DNA of 64,000 bases from Patescibacteria group bacterium (GCA_038065275.1 JBBTRH010000013.1:32106-96105); one strand, 5' to 3'; positions 26,791-36,640 are shown, counted from the stretch's first letter. Program-made: numbers and translations. Notes: generated by a model from the letters alone, not told the origin.

Positions 26791-28208
26791 AAAAGTTTCT
26801 CAATTTCGGTCAACATTACCGAAATATGACTCTCCGTATTTTGCATTTCTTTTAATAGCCCCTTAGGAGTTTTATGATCGGTCGCAATTCCAGCGACCGG
26901 ATTCTTACAATCCAAATTGTAATTCCGCTTCTGAATTTCTTTGATCGACACTTTCCACGCATGCTCATTCGTTTTCCGATTCTTCCACCATACCTTCACT
27001 GGTTCAAACTCTTCGCTTCGGATCGGCCGTCCTTTCGTGTATTGCTTCATGCCTTCTGGCAACGGCAATTCGTAGTACCAAATCTCTTTGGTCGGCGTGC
27101 CTTTTTGGAAAAACAGCAGATTCGTATTGACGCCAGCATACGGATTAAAGACGCCTTGCGGGAGACGAACGATCGTTTGGAGATTACATTTTTCGAGAAG
27201 CTCCCGTTTAATTGCCGTTTTCACGCCCTCGCCAAAGAGCGTTCCGTCGGGCAGGACAATCCCCGCTCGGCCGGTTGGCTTCAGTAAATTCATGAACAGC
27301 ACGAGGAAAAGGTCGGCGGTTTCTTTCGTCCGAAATTCGCGCGGGAAGTTCTGCTCGGTGCCATCCTTTACATATCCTCCAAACGGTGGATTTGCAAGGA
27401 TAATATCAACACGGTCTTTTGGACCATACTCGCGCAATGGCTTCGAGAGGGCATCGCCACGATGAATCTGGTCAGGCGCTTCAACGCCGCGCAGAATAAG
27501 GTTTGTCACCGCGAGCGTAAACGGGAGTTGCTTTAATTCGTTCCCATGCAGCGATTGTTGCAGACGCTGCTCTTCCTTGCGCGTTTTGACCTGGGTACGA
27601 ATATGTTCAAGAGCACTGACAAGGAATCCGCCAGTCCCACAGGCCGGATCGAGAACGATTTCACCGAGCTTCGGGTTAACCATCTCAACCACAAATTTTG
27701 TAAGCGCTCGTGGAGTATAGAATTCTCCGTAGTTTCCAGCGCTTTGCAGCTCCTTGAGGAGATGTTCGTAAATATCATTGAACTCGTGTCGGTCCCCTTG
27801 CTTATTAAAATCGACTTCGTTCAGTTTATTGACGACTTGCCGGATGAGCGTTCCGGACTTCATGTAATTATAAGAGTCAGCAAAAACCTCTTTGATCAGG
27901 AGACCACGCGTGTCGTCGGTTGCGACCTTTAGATCTTTTAATCCGGGAAAAAGTTGATTGGTAATAAAATTCAACAAGTCGTCACCAGTTATTCCTTCCG
28001 GATCTGCGGCCCAGTTTCGCCAGCGAAGTTTTTTTGGAATTGCTGAAACATACTTCGGATTAACGAGTTCAGCAAATGTTTCTTGATCATCAATAATTTT
28101 CAAGAACAACATCCAGACGAGTTGATTCAACCGCTGTGCGTCACCGTCGACGCCCTGGTCTTTCCACATAATGTCTTGTATCGCCTTGATAACGGCTTGA
28201 AGTGACAT
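26787..28208 (-). CDS. hsdM: type I restriction-modification N6-adenine DNA methyltransferase HsdM
   Basis: Motif I LDPACGTGGF and motif IV LANPPFGG. HsdM N-terminal domain. Confidence 0.92.
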   Translation of the reverse strand: MSLQAVIKAIQDIMWKDQGVDGDAQRLNQLVWMLFLKIIDDQETFAELVNPKYVSAIPKKLRWRNWAADPEGITGDDLLNFITNQLFPGLKDLKVATDDTRGLLIKEVFADSYNYMKSGTLIRQVVNKLNEVDFNKQGDRHEFNDIYEHLLKELQSAGNYGEFYTPRALTKFVVEMVNPKLGEIVLDPACGTGGFLVSALEHIRTQVKTRKEEQRLQQSLHGNELKQLPFTLAVTNLILRGVEAPDQIHRGDALSKPLREYGPKDRVDIILANPPFGGYVKDGTEQNFPREFRTKETADLFLVLFMNLLKPTGRAGIVLPDGTLFGEGVKTAIKRELLEKCNLQTIVRLPQGVFNPYAGVNTNLLFFQKGTPTKEIWYYELPLPEGMKQYTKGRPIRSEEFEPVKVWWKNRKTNEHAWKVSIKEIQKRNYNLDCKNPVAGIATDHKTPKGLLKEMQNTESHISVMLTEIEKLL

Positions 28209-28211
28209 AGA

Positions 28212-30569
28212 TTAGGCGTAGAGTGTTTCTTGAATTTTGTTGATGACGACGAAGTATTGCTCTCGACCACCGAAGATATCATTCACGATTTGCACCGGCG
28301 TGCCGAATGATGTAAACGGCGACACCTCAAGGTCTTTAATATCATCAATCGCCGTGATGCCTTGATCTTCATATTTCTCGAGTAAGGCATCAATCACCTC
28401 GCGGGCTTTCCCTTCGTACTTCGCAAAGTAATCGAGCTTCTTCACATTATTCGCCCGTTCTTTCCGGGTCAGCGGCGTTTTTCCGTACGCAACGTGACAA
28501 ATGAGGTCAAACGGGTCCAGACCTTTGCCAACTTCAGCTGCGATGTCATCAAAGAACACACCCCGTTGTTCAAGTTCGGTGATGATCGCCTCTTTCTTGT
28601 CAGCTTTTGTCCAGGCAGTCAAAAACTCATCAAGCGATCGATATTCTTTGAGGATATTCTGTTTCGTGTAATCCTTCAGCGATTCCGTAATGAGCTTCCC
28701 ATCTTCACCAATATACTGAACGCGTTCGTTAATCACCTGAACCGGAACGTCGCGCACTACGTACTTTTTGACTGGCTCACCGCCAATCGGGGGCCATGGA
28801 CTAATAAGGGTACCTCCTGGTTCTTGCCCGGGTGTCCCTGTACCTCCGTTCTCCGGGGGTTCTACTGGCGGAACAATTGGATCTCCTCCTTTGGGCTCGT
28901 AAATAACAACTGGATCACCGTCAAAGTCAGGATCGGCAAACAGTTCCGTCACGCCCCGGAAGTCGAGAATCGTAAAGAATAGTTTTCCGTAATCTTCGCG
29001 CACACGGGTGCCGCGTCCGATGATCTGCTTGAATTCGGTCATGGATTGAATATTTGCATCCAGGACGATCAGCTTGCACGTCTGCGCATCGACGCCCGTG
29101 GTCATCAGTTTTGATGTCGTGGCAATCACCGGGTATGGACTTTCTGGATCGATAAAGTGGTCAAGTTCACCAGCCGATTCTGGGTTATCGCCCGTAATCC
29201 TGACGACGTAGCGATGATTTGCTCCAGCGAGTTCCGGGTTCGCGTTGACGAGCGCCTGTCGCATTCGTTCAGCGTGATCGATGTCGACGCAGAAGACAAT
29301 AACTTTCTGCATCGGATCGGTGGCCTGCATGTATTCGGTAATCTTCTCGGCCACCAGTTTCGTCCGCTCATCAATCACCAATTCTCGATCAAAATCTTTT
29401 CGGTTGTAGATACGATCTGGAATCTCATTCCCATGAACATCCGTCTTTCCTTGTTCTGGGCGGTAGCCCTCAACATCGCGATCAAACGTCACACGTATGA
29501 CTTTGTACGGCGCGAGAAATCCATCATCAATGCCCTGGCGGAGTGAATAGGTATAGATTGGTTCACCAAAATACGTTTGGGTCGAGATATCTTTCGTTTC
29601 TTTCGGCGTAGCTGTTAACCCAATCTGGGTCGCGCTTTGGTAGTAGTCTAAGACATCGTGCCACAAGGCATTTTCCCGTGCGCTGCCGCGATGGCACTCG
29701 TCGATAATGACGAGATCGAAGAAGTCAGGTGAAAACTGCTTGAACGTCTGTTTCTCTTCTTCAACTCCGGTCACGCTTTGATACAGCGCGAGATATATTT
29801 CGTAGGATTTATCTGCGTTGCGATTTTTGATCTTGTACATCTTATCGCCAAACGGCTTGAAGTCGTTCATGACCGCTTGGTCAGCTAAAATGTTCCTATC
29901 CACGAGAAAGAGGATGCGTTTGGCTGTTTTTGCTTTCCATAACCGCCAGATGATTTGAAATGCCGTATACGTTTTCCCCGTTCCGGTCGCCATAACCAAC
30001 AGCAAGCGTTTTTGCCCTTTCGTAATTGCTTCGATGGTTCGATTAATGGCGACGCGTTGAAAATATCGCGGCTCTTTTCCGTTCAGCTCCTGGAAGTAGT
30101 CTTGTTCAACGATCGATCGGGCGTCTGAAGTAATTTGATGGTTGGCAAGATACTGCTGATAGAGGTCTTCCGGACTTGGAAATGCATCTAAAGCGATTTC
30201 TTCTTCGTGCACTTTTCCCTTCGGAAGACGAACGTGGGTTAAGAATCCGCTTCCGTTCGAACTGTAGACGAAAGGAATATCAAGCACATCTGCGTAGCCG
30301 AGGGCTTGCTGCATTCCATCACCCACGCCGTAACTCGCATCTTTCGCTTCAATGATTGCCAATGGGAGATTATTTTTGTAGTAAAGAATGTAGTCCGCGC
30401 GCTTTTTTTCACCTCGTGTCACGGTTTTACCACGAACAATGATCCGGCCAGCGGTGAACGAAACCTCTTCCCGAATTTGGGTCTGCAAATCCCATCCAGC
30501 TTTTACCAAAGCAGGGGTTATATATTTCGTACAAATATCGCGTTCGGACAATGATTCTTTAGCCACCAT
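28212..30569 (-). CDS. hsdR: type I restriction endonuclease subunit HsdR (compact form)
   Basis: N-terminal PD-(D/E)xK (AIIEAKDA). SF2 helicase motifs MATGTGKT and IIDECHRG. Pro/Gly-rich linker before the C-terminal domain. Confidence 0.9.
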   Translation of the reverse strand: MVAKESLSERDICTKYITPALVKAGWDLQTQIREEVSFTAGRIIVRGKTVTRGEKKRADYILYYKNNLPLAIIEAKDASYGVGDGMQQALGYADVLDIPFVYSSNGSGFLTHVRLPKGKVHEEEIALDAFPSPEDLYQQYLANHQITSDARSIVEQDYFQELNGKEPRYFQRVAINRTIEAITKGQKRLLLVMATGTGKTYTAFQIIWRLWKAKTAKRILFLVDRNILADQAVMNDFKPFGDKMYKIKNRNADKSYEIYLALYQSVTGVEEEKQTFKQFSPDFFDLVIIDECHRGSARENALWHDVLDYYQSATQIGLTATPKETKDISTQTYFGEPIYTYSLRQGIDDGFLAPYKVIRVTFDRDVEGYRPEQGKTDVHGNEIPDRIYNRKDFDRELVIDERTKLVAEKITEYMQATDPMQKVIVFCVDIDHAERMRQALVNANPELAGANHRYVVRITGDNPESAGELDHFIDPESPYPVIATTSKLMTTGVDAQTCKLIVLDANIQSMTEFKQIIGRGTRVREDYGKLFFTILDFRGVTELFADPDFDGDPVVIYEPKGGDPIVPPVEPPENGGTGTPGQEPGGTLISPWPPIGGEPVKKYVVRDVPVQVINERVQYIGEDGKLITESLKDYTKQNILKEYRSLDEFLTAWTKADKKEAIITELEQRGVFFDDIAAEVGKGLDPFDLICHVAYGKTPLTRKERANNVKKLDYFAKYEGKAREVIDALLEKYEDQGITAIDDIKDLEVSPFTSFGTPVQIVNDIFGGREQYFVVINKIQETLYA

Positions 30570-30668
30570 AGCAACAATTTACTCCTTTTTCGCTAAGAAA
30601 TCAAGGAAAACAGATGTCGGAGTGAGCACGGTGACGTAAGCCACCGTGCTCAAAACCTTTCGGTTATC

Positions 30669-30959
30669 TCAACGACATTCGACGAGGCTAAGGAGGTTAT
30701 TTGTCTCCCGCCCATCCGAGACGGTACGAACGAATGGGTTCAGGTTTCGTGAGACTGCCGTTTGGACATACACCTTATGCCCGAAGGCATCTGTCACATA
30801 GGCAATCCCATGCTGGTCTTTGATCCAATTGTATAATTGGATCCGCGACCACTTTCCCTGAATCCCGGTATCGTCTTCAACCCACCCGAGAAACGAGATC
30901 GCCTCATGAGGGTTGTCATGGTAACCGTTATCCTTATTGATGCAGGTAATCCGGATCAT
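30669..30959 (-). CDS. DUF3892 family small protein
   Basis: MIRITCINKDNG... and C-terminal ...NNLLSLVEC match the DUF3892 pattern as remembered. Confidence 0.5.
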   Translation of the reverse strand: MIRITCINKDNGYHDNPHEAISFLGWVEDDTGIQGKWSRIQLYNWIKDQHGIAYVTDAFGHKVYVQTAVSRNLNPFVRTVSDGRETNNLLSLVECR

Positions 30960-30971
30960 ACGATTCGAGGG

Positions 30972-31214
30972 TTAGTGTTTCGTGTCATGGGACGAGCGCG
31001 GGTCGTTACCGGGCGAGACTGTATCGCTATCCCGAATCGACCCCTTCGGGCTGTGAATACGGACTTCACCGCCACCGCTATTTGCTGACATCTCTTTGGC
31101 GGCTTTCTCGGCTTCTTTCTGAGTGTCAAAGTACCCGCTGACGCGACCAGCGCCCTCGCGCTTTGCACCCCATTTATCGATCTCTTTGTTCTTCGTGACG
31201 TGATAGTTGGCCAT
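30972..31214 (-). CDS. DUF2188 family small protein (ORF-track extension to 31490 is probably not translated)
   Basis: MANYHVTKNKEIDKWGAKREGAGRVSGYFDTQKEAEKAAKEMS...GNDP matches the DUF2188 consensus as remembered. Confidence 0.5.
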   Translation of the reverse strand: MANYHVTKNKEIDKWGAKREGAGRVSGYFDTQKEAEKAAKEMSANSGGGEVRIHSPKGSIRDSDTVSPGNDPRSSHDTKH

Positions 31215-31526
31215 AGTATTGTATGACGTAGCTAATGATAAGATCCATGACGTTTGATTCGGAAGGATTGTTTCCCAAGCATGGGCGGAACCAACCAGGC
31301 TAGATTGTTTGTGATAACGGGCAAATAGATAAGCAAGTAAGAGTGTGGTATAATCCGAGTACCAAAAAGTCTGCCATCCTAGCGATTTTTTTGGCCTGAC
31401 AGGGGCGTTAACCCTGTTCGGATTTGAAGGAACATGGTCGTCTCGACCATGTTCCTTTGCTTCATAGTCGAGCGCCGTGACTTCTAGCAAATAGGGTAGC
31501 AGGGTGGCTTGAAAATGTCAAAGAGC

Positions 31527-31564
31527 AATGTACAGTTGACAGTACATTATTATCATGGTAGGAT
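31527..31564 (+). promoter_or_regulatory. sigma70-type promoter (TTGACA-17-TAGGAT) with an overlapping inverted repeat AATGTACA-N7-TGTACATT (candidate XRE operator)
   Basis: TTGACA at 31536-31541. 17-nt spacer. TAGGAT at 31559-31564, 6 nt before the ATG at 31571. Palindrome flanks the -35. Confidence 0.5.
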
Positions 31565-31570
31565 ATCCAC

Positions 31571-31909
31571 ATGGACATATCCCCAACCATGATGCTTCAT
31601 AGGGGTATCGGGAGGAAAATTCGTGAACGCCGGAAGGAGCGCAACCTACGTCAAGCCGAACTAGCTGTAGCAATACACTGTTCGCGTGCAACCTTGGTCA
31701 ATGTTGAGAGTGGGCGACAACAGCCCACGTTGGATTTGCTTTACAAACTTTCATCTCAGTTGCATTGCTCATATATAGATTTACTACCCACTGAAGAAGA
31801 GATTGAAAAAATGAAGACCGAAGCGGGGTCTGCTATCATGACGCCCGAAAAGGAAAAAAGTATCATTTCTGATTTAAAGGCTAAAGCAAAGGAAAGGGAG
31901 GTGAATTGA
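31571..31909 (+). CDS. XRE-family helix-turn-helix transcriptional regulator
   Basis: HTH_3 pattern LRQAELAVAIHCSRATLVNVESGRQQP. Confidence 0.8.
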   Translation: MDISPTMMLHRGIGRKIRERRKERNLRQAELAVAIHCSRATLVNVESGRQQPTLDLLYKLSSQLHCSYIDLLPTEEEIEKMKTEAGSAIMTPEKEKSIISDLKAKAKEREVN

Positions 31910-32424
31910 AAATGACAACACCAGTAATAAATATTGAGCAGGAAACGAAAAAAGTCCGGGTAGCCTGTGGAGCTACCACAATACCCGTTGACGTTAGAAA
32001 GATCATTGGGTCATTAGGTCTCAAGTTAATGTCAACTGACCTGAATGATTCACTATCAGGAGCTTTCTTAAGGAAAGAAAAAATTGTGGTTGTAAACAAG
32101 AATCACTCATTACTCCGAAAAAGATTTACCATTGCCCACGAAATTGGACACTACAAATTACACGAAACTGAGAATGACAAAGAATTTATTGATGGGATAT
32201 TTAAAAGAGAAAAAGGGGCAAACGCTAACACTCTAAAAGTTGAGATGGAAGCAAATCAATTTGCCGCCTCCCTCTTAATGCCAAGGGACGAAATTATTCA
32301 AGAGTTCCATAAGCAGGATCCAGTTACAGGCGATTACATTACTGATTTATCGGAGAAGTTCAAAGTGAGTCATGAATCTATGAACTACCGGTTAATCAAT
32401 TTAGGGCTTACAGTTCCGCAATAG
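31906..32424 (+). CDS. ImmA/IrrE-family metallopeptidase (DUF955)
   Basis: HEIGH zinc motif (FTIAHEIGHYKLH). Overlaps the XRE gene stop (ATGA). Classic XRE-ImmA pair. Confidence 0.78.
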   Translation: MKMTTPVINIEQETKKVRVACGATTIPVDVRKIIGSLGLKLMSTDLNDSLSGAFLRKEKIVVVNKNHSLLRKRFTIAHEIGHYKLHETENDKEFIDGIFKREKGANANTLKVEMEANQFAASLLMPRDEIIQEFHKQDPVTGDYITDLSEKFKVSHESMNYRLINLGLTVPQ

Positions 32425-32496
32425 ATTACGGATATTATAAAGATCAACAACCACCGACATCAGTCGGTGGTTGCTTAGATAAGCAAAATGCCACTC

Positions 32497-32525
32497 TACC
32501 CAGGAACAGGATTCGAACCGACAAA
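32497..32525 (-). other. degenerate partial copy of a tRNA 3' end (T-arm plus acceptor: GTCGGTTCGAATCCTGTTCCTGGGTA)
   Basis: Resembles the 3' end of the interrupted tRNA-like gene at 32768 (GTCGGTCCGAATCCGACCCTGGGAGCCA). Candidate integration scar. Confidence 0.35.
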
Positions 32526-32578
32526 AACATTGGCGTTACGAACGTACTTATGCGTTTTTTACGCAAAAAGCCCCACCG

Positions 32579-32650
32579 CTCCGGGGACAGGATTCGAACC
32601 TGTGACCAATCGCTTAACAGGCGACCGCTCTACCGCTGAGCTACCCCGGA
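32579..32650 (-). tRNA. tRNA-Asn (anticodon GUU)
   Basis: Hand-folded cloverleaf: acceptor UCCGGGG/CCCCGGA, D-stem GCUC/GAGC, anticodon stem GUCGC/GCGAU with loop CUGUUAA, T-arm ACAGG-UUCGAAU-CCUGU, discriminator G. Confidence 0.8.
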
Positions 32651-32767
32651 GCATTGGGGCCTTGTTCAATATTTATCGATGTAAATTTTCTGATCCGGAG
32701 TGGGAGACGACTGGCCAAGCAACTAGGCAAACCGGATAGGGGTCGGTCTCCCAGCAACTTCGCCAGT

Positions 32768-33023
<256 letters not shown>

Positions 33024-33127
33024 ATCAATAGCACTCAACTATCTAGAATGTTCAACGAACTGGCGCCGGACTCCTTGCCCCGGAATAAGCGGCGATAGTA
33101 TACCGGTCTCCGGGTGAGACGTCAACG

Positions 33128-34333
33128 CTAGTAATCCCTCAACTTCTTCATGTGTTGATGCTGTTGGATTTTCTCCAGCGCTTTCGATTCGATCTGACGG
33201 ATCCGTTCGCGCGTCACCCCGAACTCCTGGCCGACTTCTTCCAGCGTGTGCGCCACGCCGTCGTTTAAGCCAAAACGCATTTCCAGAATTTTCTGTTCGC
33301 GCGGACTGAGCGACTCAATGATTCGGCGCACGTCGTCCCGCAACAGCTGGAGAGCCGCGACTTTGTCCGGCGACACCGTCTTGACGTCCTCGATGAAGTC
33401 GCCGAGCGTCGAGTCCTCGTCGTCTTCGCCGACTGAGGTTTCCAGCGAGACGGTGTCCTGGGAAATTTTCATGACGTGGCGTATTTTGTCGATCGGCTCG
33501 CCCATTTCGGCGGCGATTTCTTCCGGCAGCGGCTCCCGGCCGAGGTCTTGAATCAACTGCCGCTGGATTTGCTGAAATTTATTGATCGTCTCGACCATGT
33601 GGACCGGGATGCGGATGGTCCGCGACTGGTCAGCCAGGGCGCGGGTGATGGCCTGGCGGATCCACCAGGTGGCGTAAGTCGAGAACTTGTAGCCCTTGCG
33701 ATAGTCGAATTTTTCCACCGCCCGAAACAGGCCGATATTCCCTTCTTGAATTAAGTCCAGCAACGACAGCGAGCGGCCGGTGAACTTCTTGGCGATCGAG
33801 ACCACCAAACGCAAGTTGGCTTCCACCAGGCGCTTCGAGGCTTCAACGTCGCCCGCTTCTTTCCGCTTGGCCAGCGACACCTCGTCTCCGGCCGTCAGCA
33901 ACGGCACCTTGCCGATTTCCCGCAGGTACATTTGGATCGAATCATTGGAGATGTCGCCCAGGTCGAAATGGCGCTCGTCGAGCGGCAAATGCTTCTTGGA
34001 ATGGCTGGACTCGAGGAAAGCCGGCTTGATCGGCTCGAGGATACCGCCAGCGCTTTCGACGATCTGGATGCTGTGTTTTTCGAACTCATCGAGGGCCGCT
34101 TCGTACTGGTCGATGTAGGCTTCCAGGTCGGGGAAGGCGTACAGCAGTTCCGTCTCCGTCAGGAACCCGCGCTGGCGGCCTTTGCGGACCAGCTCACGAA
34201 CCGTATCCAGCGGAACGACGGGGACGGCGGCGCGTTTACCGCGCTTGTCCGCTTTCAATGTTTTAGCGCGCCGAACCGGCGGACGTCTCTTTATCGGCGC
34301 TCGCTTGACGCGCTTGGTGGTTTTCTTAGGCAT
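33128..34333 (-). CDS. rpoD: RNA polymerase sigma-70 factor RpoD (primary sigma)
   Basis: Regions 2-4 conserved ([40 protein letters not shown]). Downstream of dnaG. Confidence 0.93.
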   Translation of the reverse strand: MPKKTTKRVKRAPIKRRPPVRRAKTLKADKRGKRAAVPVVPLDTVRELVRKGRQRGFLTETELLYAFPDLEAYIDQYEAALDEFEKHSIQIVESAGGILEPIKPAFLESSHSKKHLPLDERHFDLGDISNDSIQMYLREIGKVPLLTAGDEVSLAKRKEAGDVEASKRLVEANLRLVVSIAKKFTGRSLSLLDLIQEGNIGLFRAVEKFDYRKGYKFSTYATWWIRQAITRALADQSRTIRIPVHMVETINKFQQIQRQLIQDLGREPLPEEIAAEMGEPIDKIRHVMKISQDTVSLETSVGEDDEDSTLGDFIEDVKTVSPDKVAALQLLRDDVRRIIESLSPREQKILEMRFGLNDGVAHTLEEVGQEFGVTRERIRQIESKALEKIQQHQHMKKLRDY

Positions 34334-34440
34334 CCCGTTAGAAGTAAAATAAATCAGGTTGACTAGCTATTCGCCAGTTGGTTTCATCCACCGTCCCATT
34401 ATTGGTACACCCAAGTTCAATTACTTCTAACGGGAGCATG
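34334..34440. repeat. long inverted-repeat element (CCCGTTAGAAGTAA ... TTACTTCTAACGGG) abutting the rpoD start codon
   Basis: 14-bp arms read directly. Flanked by CATG on both sides. Confidence 0.8.
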
Positions 34441-34617
34441 GAAAAAATTACGATTGAAATTAGTCAAATGGAGCCCCCCGCCTGCGTGCCGTAGCGACGG
34501 CACTCCGGCGCGCAGGCACGAGCAAGCCCGCGGCACCTCACTGACGCCCTGGTGGGGCGAACATCCCGCACCTCCGCCCGAAGCGGATGGTGCGCGGATG
34601 AAACTGACAAAGGAACG

Positions 34618-36459
34618 CTAGGCCAGCGACCGAAGTTGGTCGGTCACGGCCTGGACTCGGGCCAGCAAGTCGGTTAGTTGGCTGGCGTCGGCGCCGTCCA
34701 GTACCGGACGGTTCTGGGCGCCGCCTGATTGTTCCAGGCGGCGGATGTCGGCCTCGAGCCGACGGAGTTCGAGCGATAGAGCGCGCCGTTTCAGGGCCGC
34801 TACCATCGTTAAAATATCGTGTTCGACGCTCGGCGTAATGCCCGTCGGGTACTCATGGTCCCCGCGGAGGGTTAGAAGCGTAAACAGCTCCTGTTGTTCC
34901 GGGTCGAGTGACGATGCTTGATCCGCCAGGGCCTGGCGGGTAGAAAAGTGTTTTTCACTATACCAGATGACCAGGGTCTTGTACAGGGTTTGCAGGTCGG
35001 GGCCGACGAGCATGTCCGGATCGAACTGCCCGGACAGTTGGTCAAGAAGCTTCGGCTCACGCAGGAGGAGCGCGATCAATCGCTCCGACACCGCCCGAAA
35101 TCGATCCGTCCGCCGGTCGGGGGATTCCGCCGATTCCTTGACTGCGCTCGATGTCGCGACCGGCGCCGCCTTCGGTTTCGCCGACATTGATTGGCGGAGG
35201 ACCGCGACATCAACCCGCACCAGGTCGGCCAGGTGCTGGAGATAATGGGCCTGTTCGACCTGATCGCCGAGCTGGGCGATGATCGGCAGGAGGAATTTCA
35301 CTGCGGCCTTCTTATCGTCGACTTTGTTCAGGTCGCGGCCGCTCGTCGCTTCCTGGACGTAATACTCCATCACCGGCTGAGCCGCAACAATCGCCTTCTG
35401 CCAGGCCGGCAAGTCATGGCGGATGAGCTCGTCCGGATCTTTCCCCTGGCTCAGCCGCACGATGCGAACGTCCATCTTGGCCAGTAAAGCTTGATCGACG
35501 CCGCGGAGCGCCGCCTGAGCCCCGGCCGCGTCCTGGTCGAATGCTAACACCAGGTTTTGTGTGAATCGTTTCAGGAGTTGCACCTGATCGGCGGTCAAGG
35601 CGGTGCCGGATGAGGCCACCGCGTTGTTCACGCCCGCTTGGTGCGACATCAGGCAGTCCATCTGTCCTTCCACCAGCACCGCCCGGCCGGCGCGCTTGAT
35701 GTCCTGTTTCGCTTTGTCGAGCGCGTAGAGCACCCGACCTTTGTCGTAGACGATGGTTTGCGGCGAATTGATGTACTTGGCCGGGACCGGTCCTTGAGGA
35801 TCGATCAGCACCTCGAGCACCCGGCCGCTGAAACCGACCACCGTTCCGTGGACATCGCTGATCGGGAACATGATCCGGTTGCGGAAGCGGTCGTAGAAGC
35901 CGGCGCCGCGGTCTTTACGGATCGTTAACCCGGCTTGGAAAATATCATCGTCGGCAAATCCTTTTTTCTTAAGCGCTTGGTAAGTAATGTCCCATCCGGA
36001 CGGCGCGTAACCGACTCCGAAATCTTCAAGTGATGTTTCATTAACTTGCCGCTGGGCCAGATATTTTCGCGCCGGTTCAGCATCGGAAGTTTTTCGCAGT
36101 ACCTCTTGGTAGTACCGACTGACCCACCGCAGGACGTCAAGAACTTTCGTTCGCTGGGTTTGCTCCTCTTTGTTGTACTCGCGGAGCTGGACACCGGCGC
36201 GTTTGGCTAAGAGCCGCAGGGCTTCCGGAAAATCCAAACCTTCCTGCTCTTGGACAAAGGTGAAGATATCGCCGCCCTTCCCGCAACCGAAACAGTGCCA
36301 CGACCCCCGCTCCCGCGAGACCATGAACGACGGCGTCTTCTCGTTGTGGAACGGGCACTTGCCCTTCCAATTCGATCCGGCCGCTTTCAGCGGCACCGAC
36401 TCGCTGATGAAGTCAACGAGGTCGAGGCGCTGTTTGATATCCTCTACTGGAGTTGGCAT
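34618..36459 (-). CDS. dnaG: DNA primase DnaG
   Basis: CHC2 zinc finger CPFHNEKTPSFMVSRERGSWHCFGCG. TOPRIM domain. Confidence 0.93.
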   Translation of the reverse strand: MPTPVEDIKQRLDLVDFISESVPLKAAGSNWKGKCPFHNEKTPSFMVSRERGSWHCFGCGKGGDIFTFVQEQEGLDFPEALRLLAKRAGVQLREYNKEEQTQRTKVLDVLRWVSRYYQEVLRKTSDAEPARKYLAQRQVNETSLEDFGVGYAPSGWDITYQALKKKGFADDDIFQAGLTIRKDRGAGFYDRFRNRIMFPISDVHGTVVGFSGRVLEVLIDPQGPVPAKYINSPQTIVYDKGRVLYALDKAKQDIKRAGRAVLVEGQMDCLMSHQAGVNNAVASSGTALTADQVQLLKRFTQNLVLAFDQDAAGAQAALRGVDQALLAKMDVRIVRLSQGKDPDELIRHDLPAWQKAIVAAQPVMEYYVQEATSGRDLNKVDDKKAAVKFLLPIIAQLGDQVEQAHYLQHLADLVRVDVAVLRQSMSAKPKAAPVATSSAVKESAESPDRRTDRFRAVSERLIALLLREPKLLDQLSGQFDPDMLVGPDLQTLYKTLVIWYSEKHFSTRQALADQASSLDPEQQELFTLLTLRGDHEYPTGITPSVEHDILTMVAALKRRALSLELRRLEADIRRLEQSGGAQNRPVLDGADASQLTDLLARVQAVTDQLRSLA

Positions 36460-36543
36460 GCCACATTAGAAACTACCTAAATGAGAAGCTATTTGCATAT
36501 GTATCGATTACCTTCGCCCCCATAGGTTTCTAACGGGGCATGG
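36460..36543. repeat. long inverted-repeat element (CCACATTAGAAACTACCT ... AGGTTTCTAACGGGGCATGG) abutting the dnaG start codon
   Basis: Imperfect arms (CCACA vs CCCCG). Same family as the others. Confidence 0.7.
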
Positions 36544-36610
36544 TTCATTACGCTAAGCTGTAAACAGTATATCAATTTCTTTCATTATCCGCCCGCCTTA
36601 TCACACAGTA

Positions 36611-36640
36611 TCACACCGCGGGTTTCGAAACCCGCGGTGT
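36611..36640. terminator. perfect 15-bp hairpin CACACCGCGGGTTTC/GAAACCCGCGGTGTG followed by a T-rich tract, at the boundary of the type IIG R-M island
   Basis: Read directly. Lies 3' of the type IIG gene stop (36644). The T-tract is on the plus side, so it is probably bidirectional. Confidence 0.45.

Noticed and set aside
31215-31490. N-terminal extension of the DUF2188 ORF to 172 aa
   Set aside because: The conserved DUF2188 core starts at MANYHV (31214). The upstream 92 codons are compositionally unlike protein and span the divergent promoter region.
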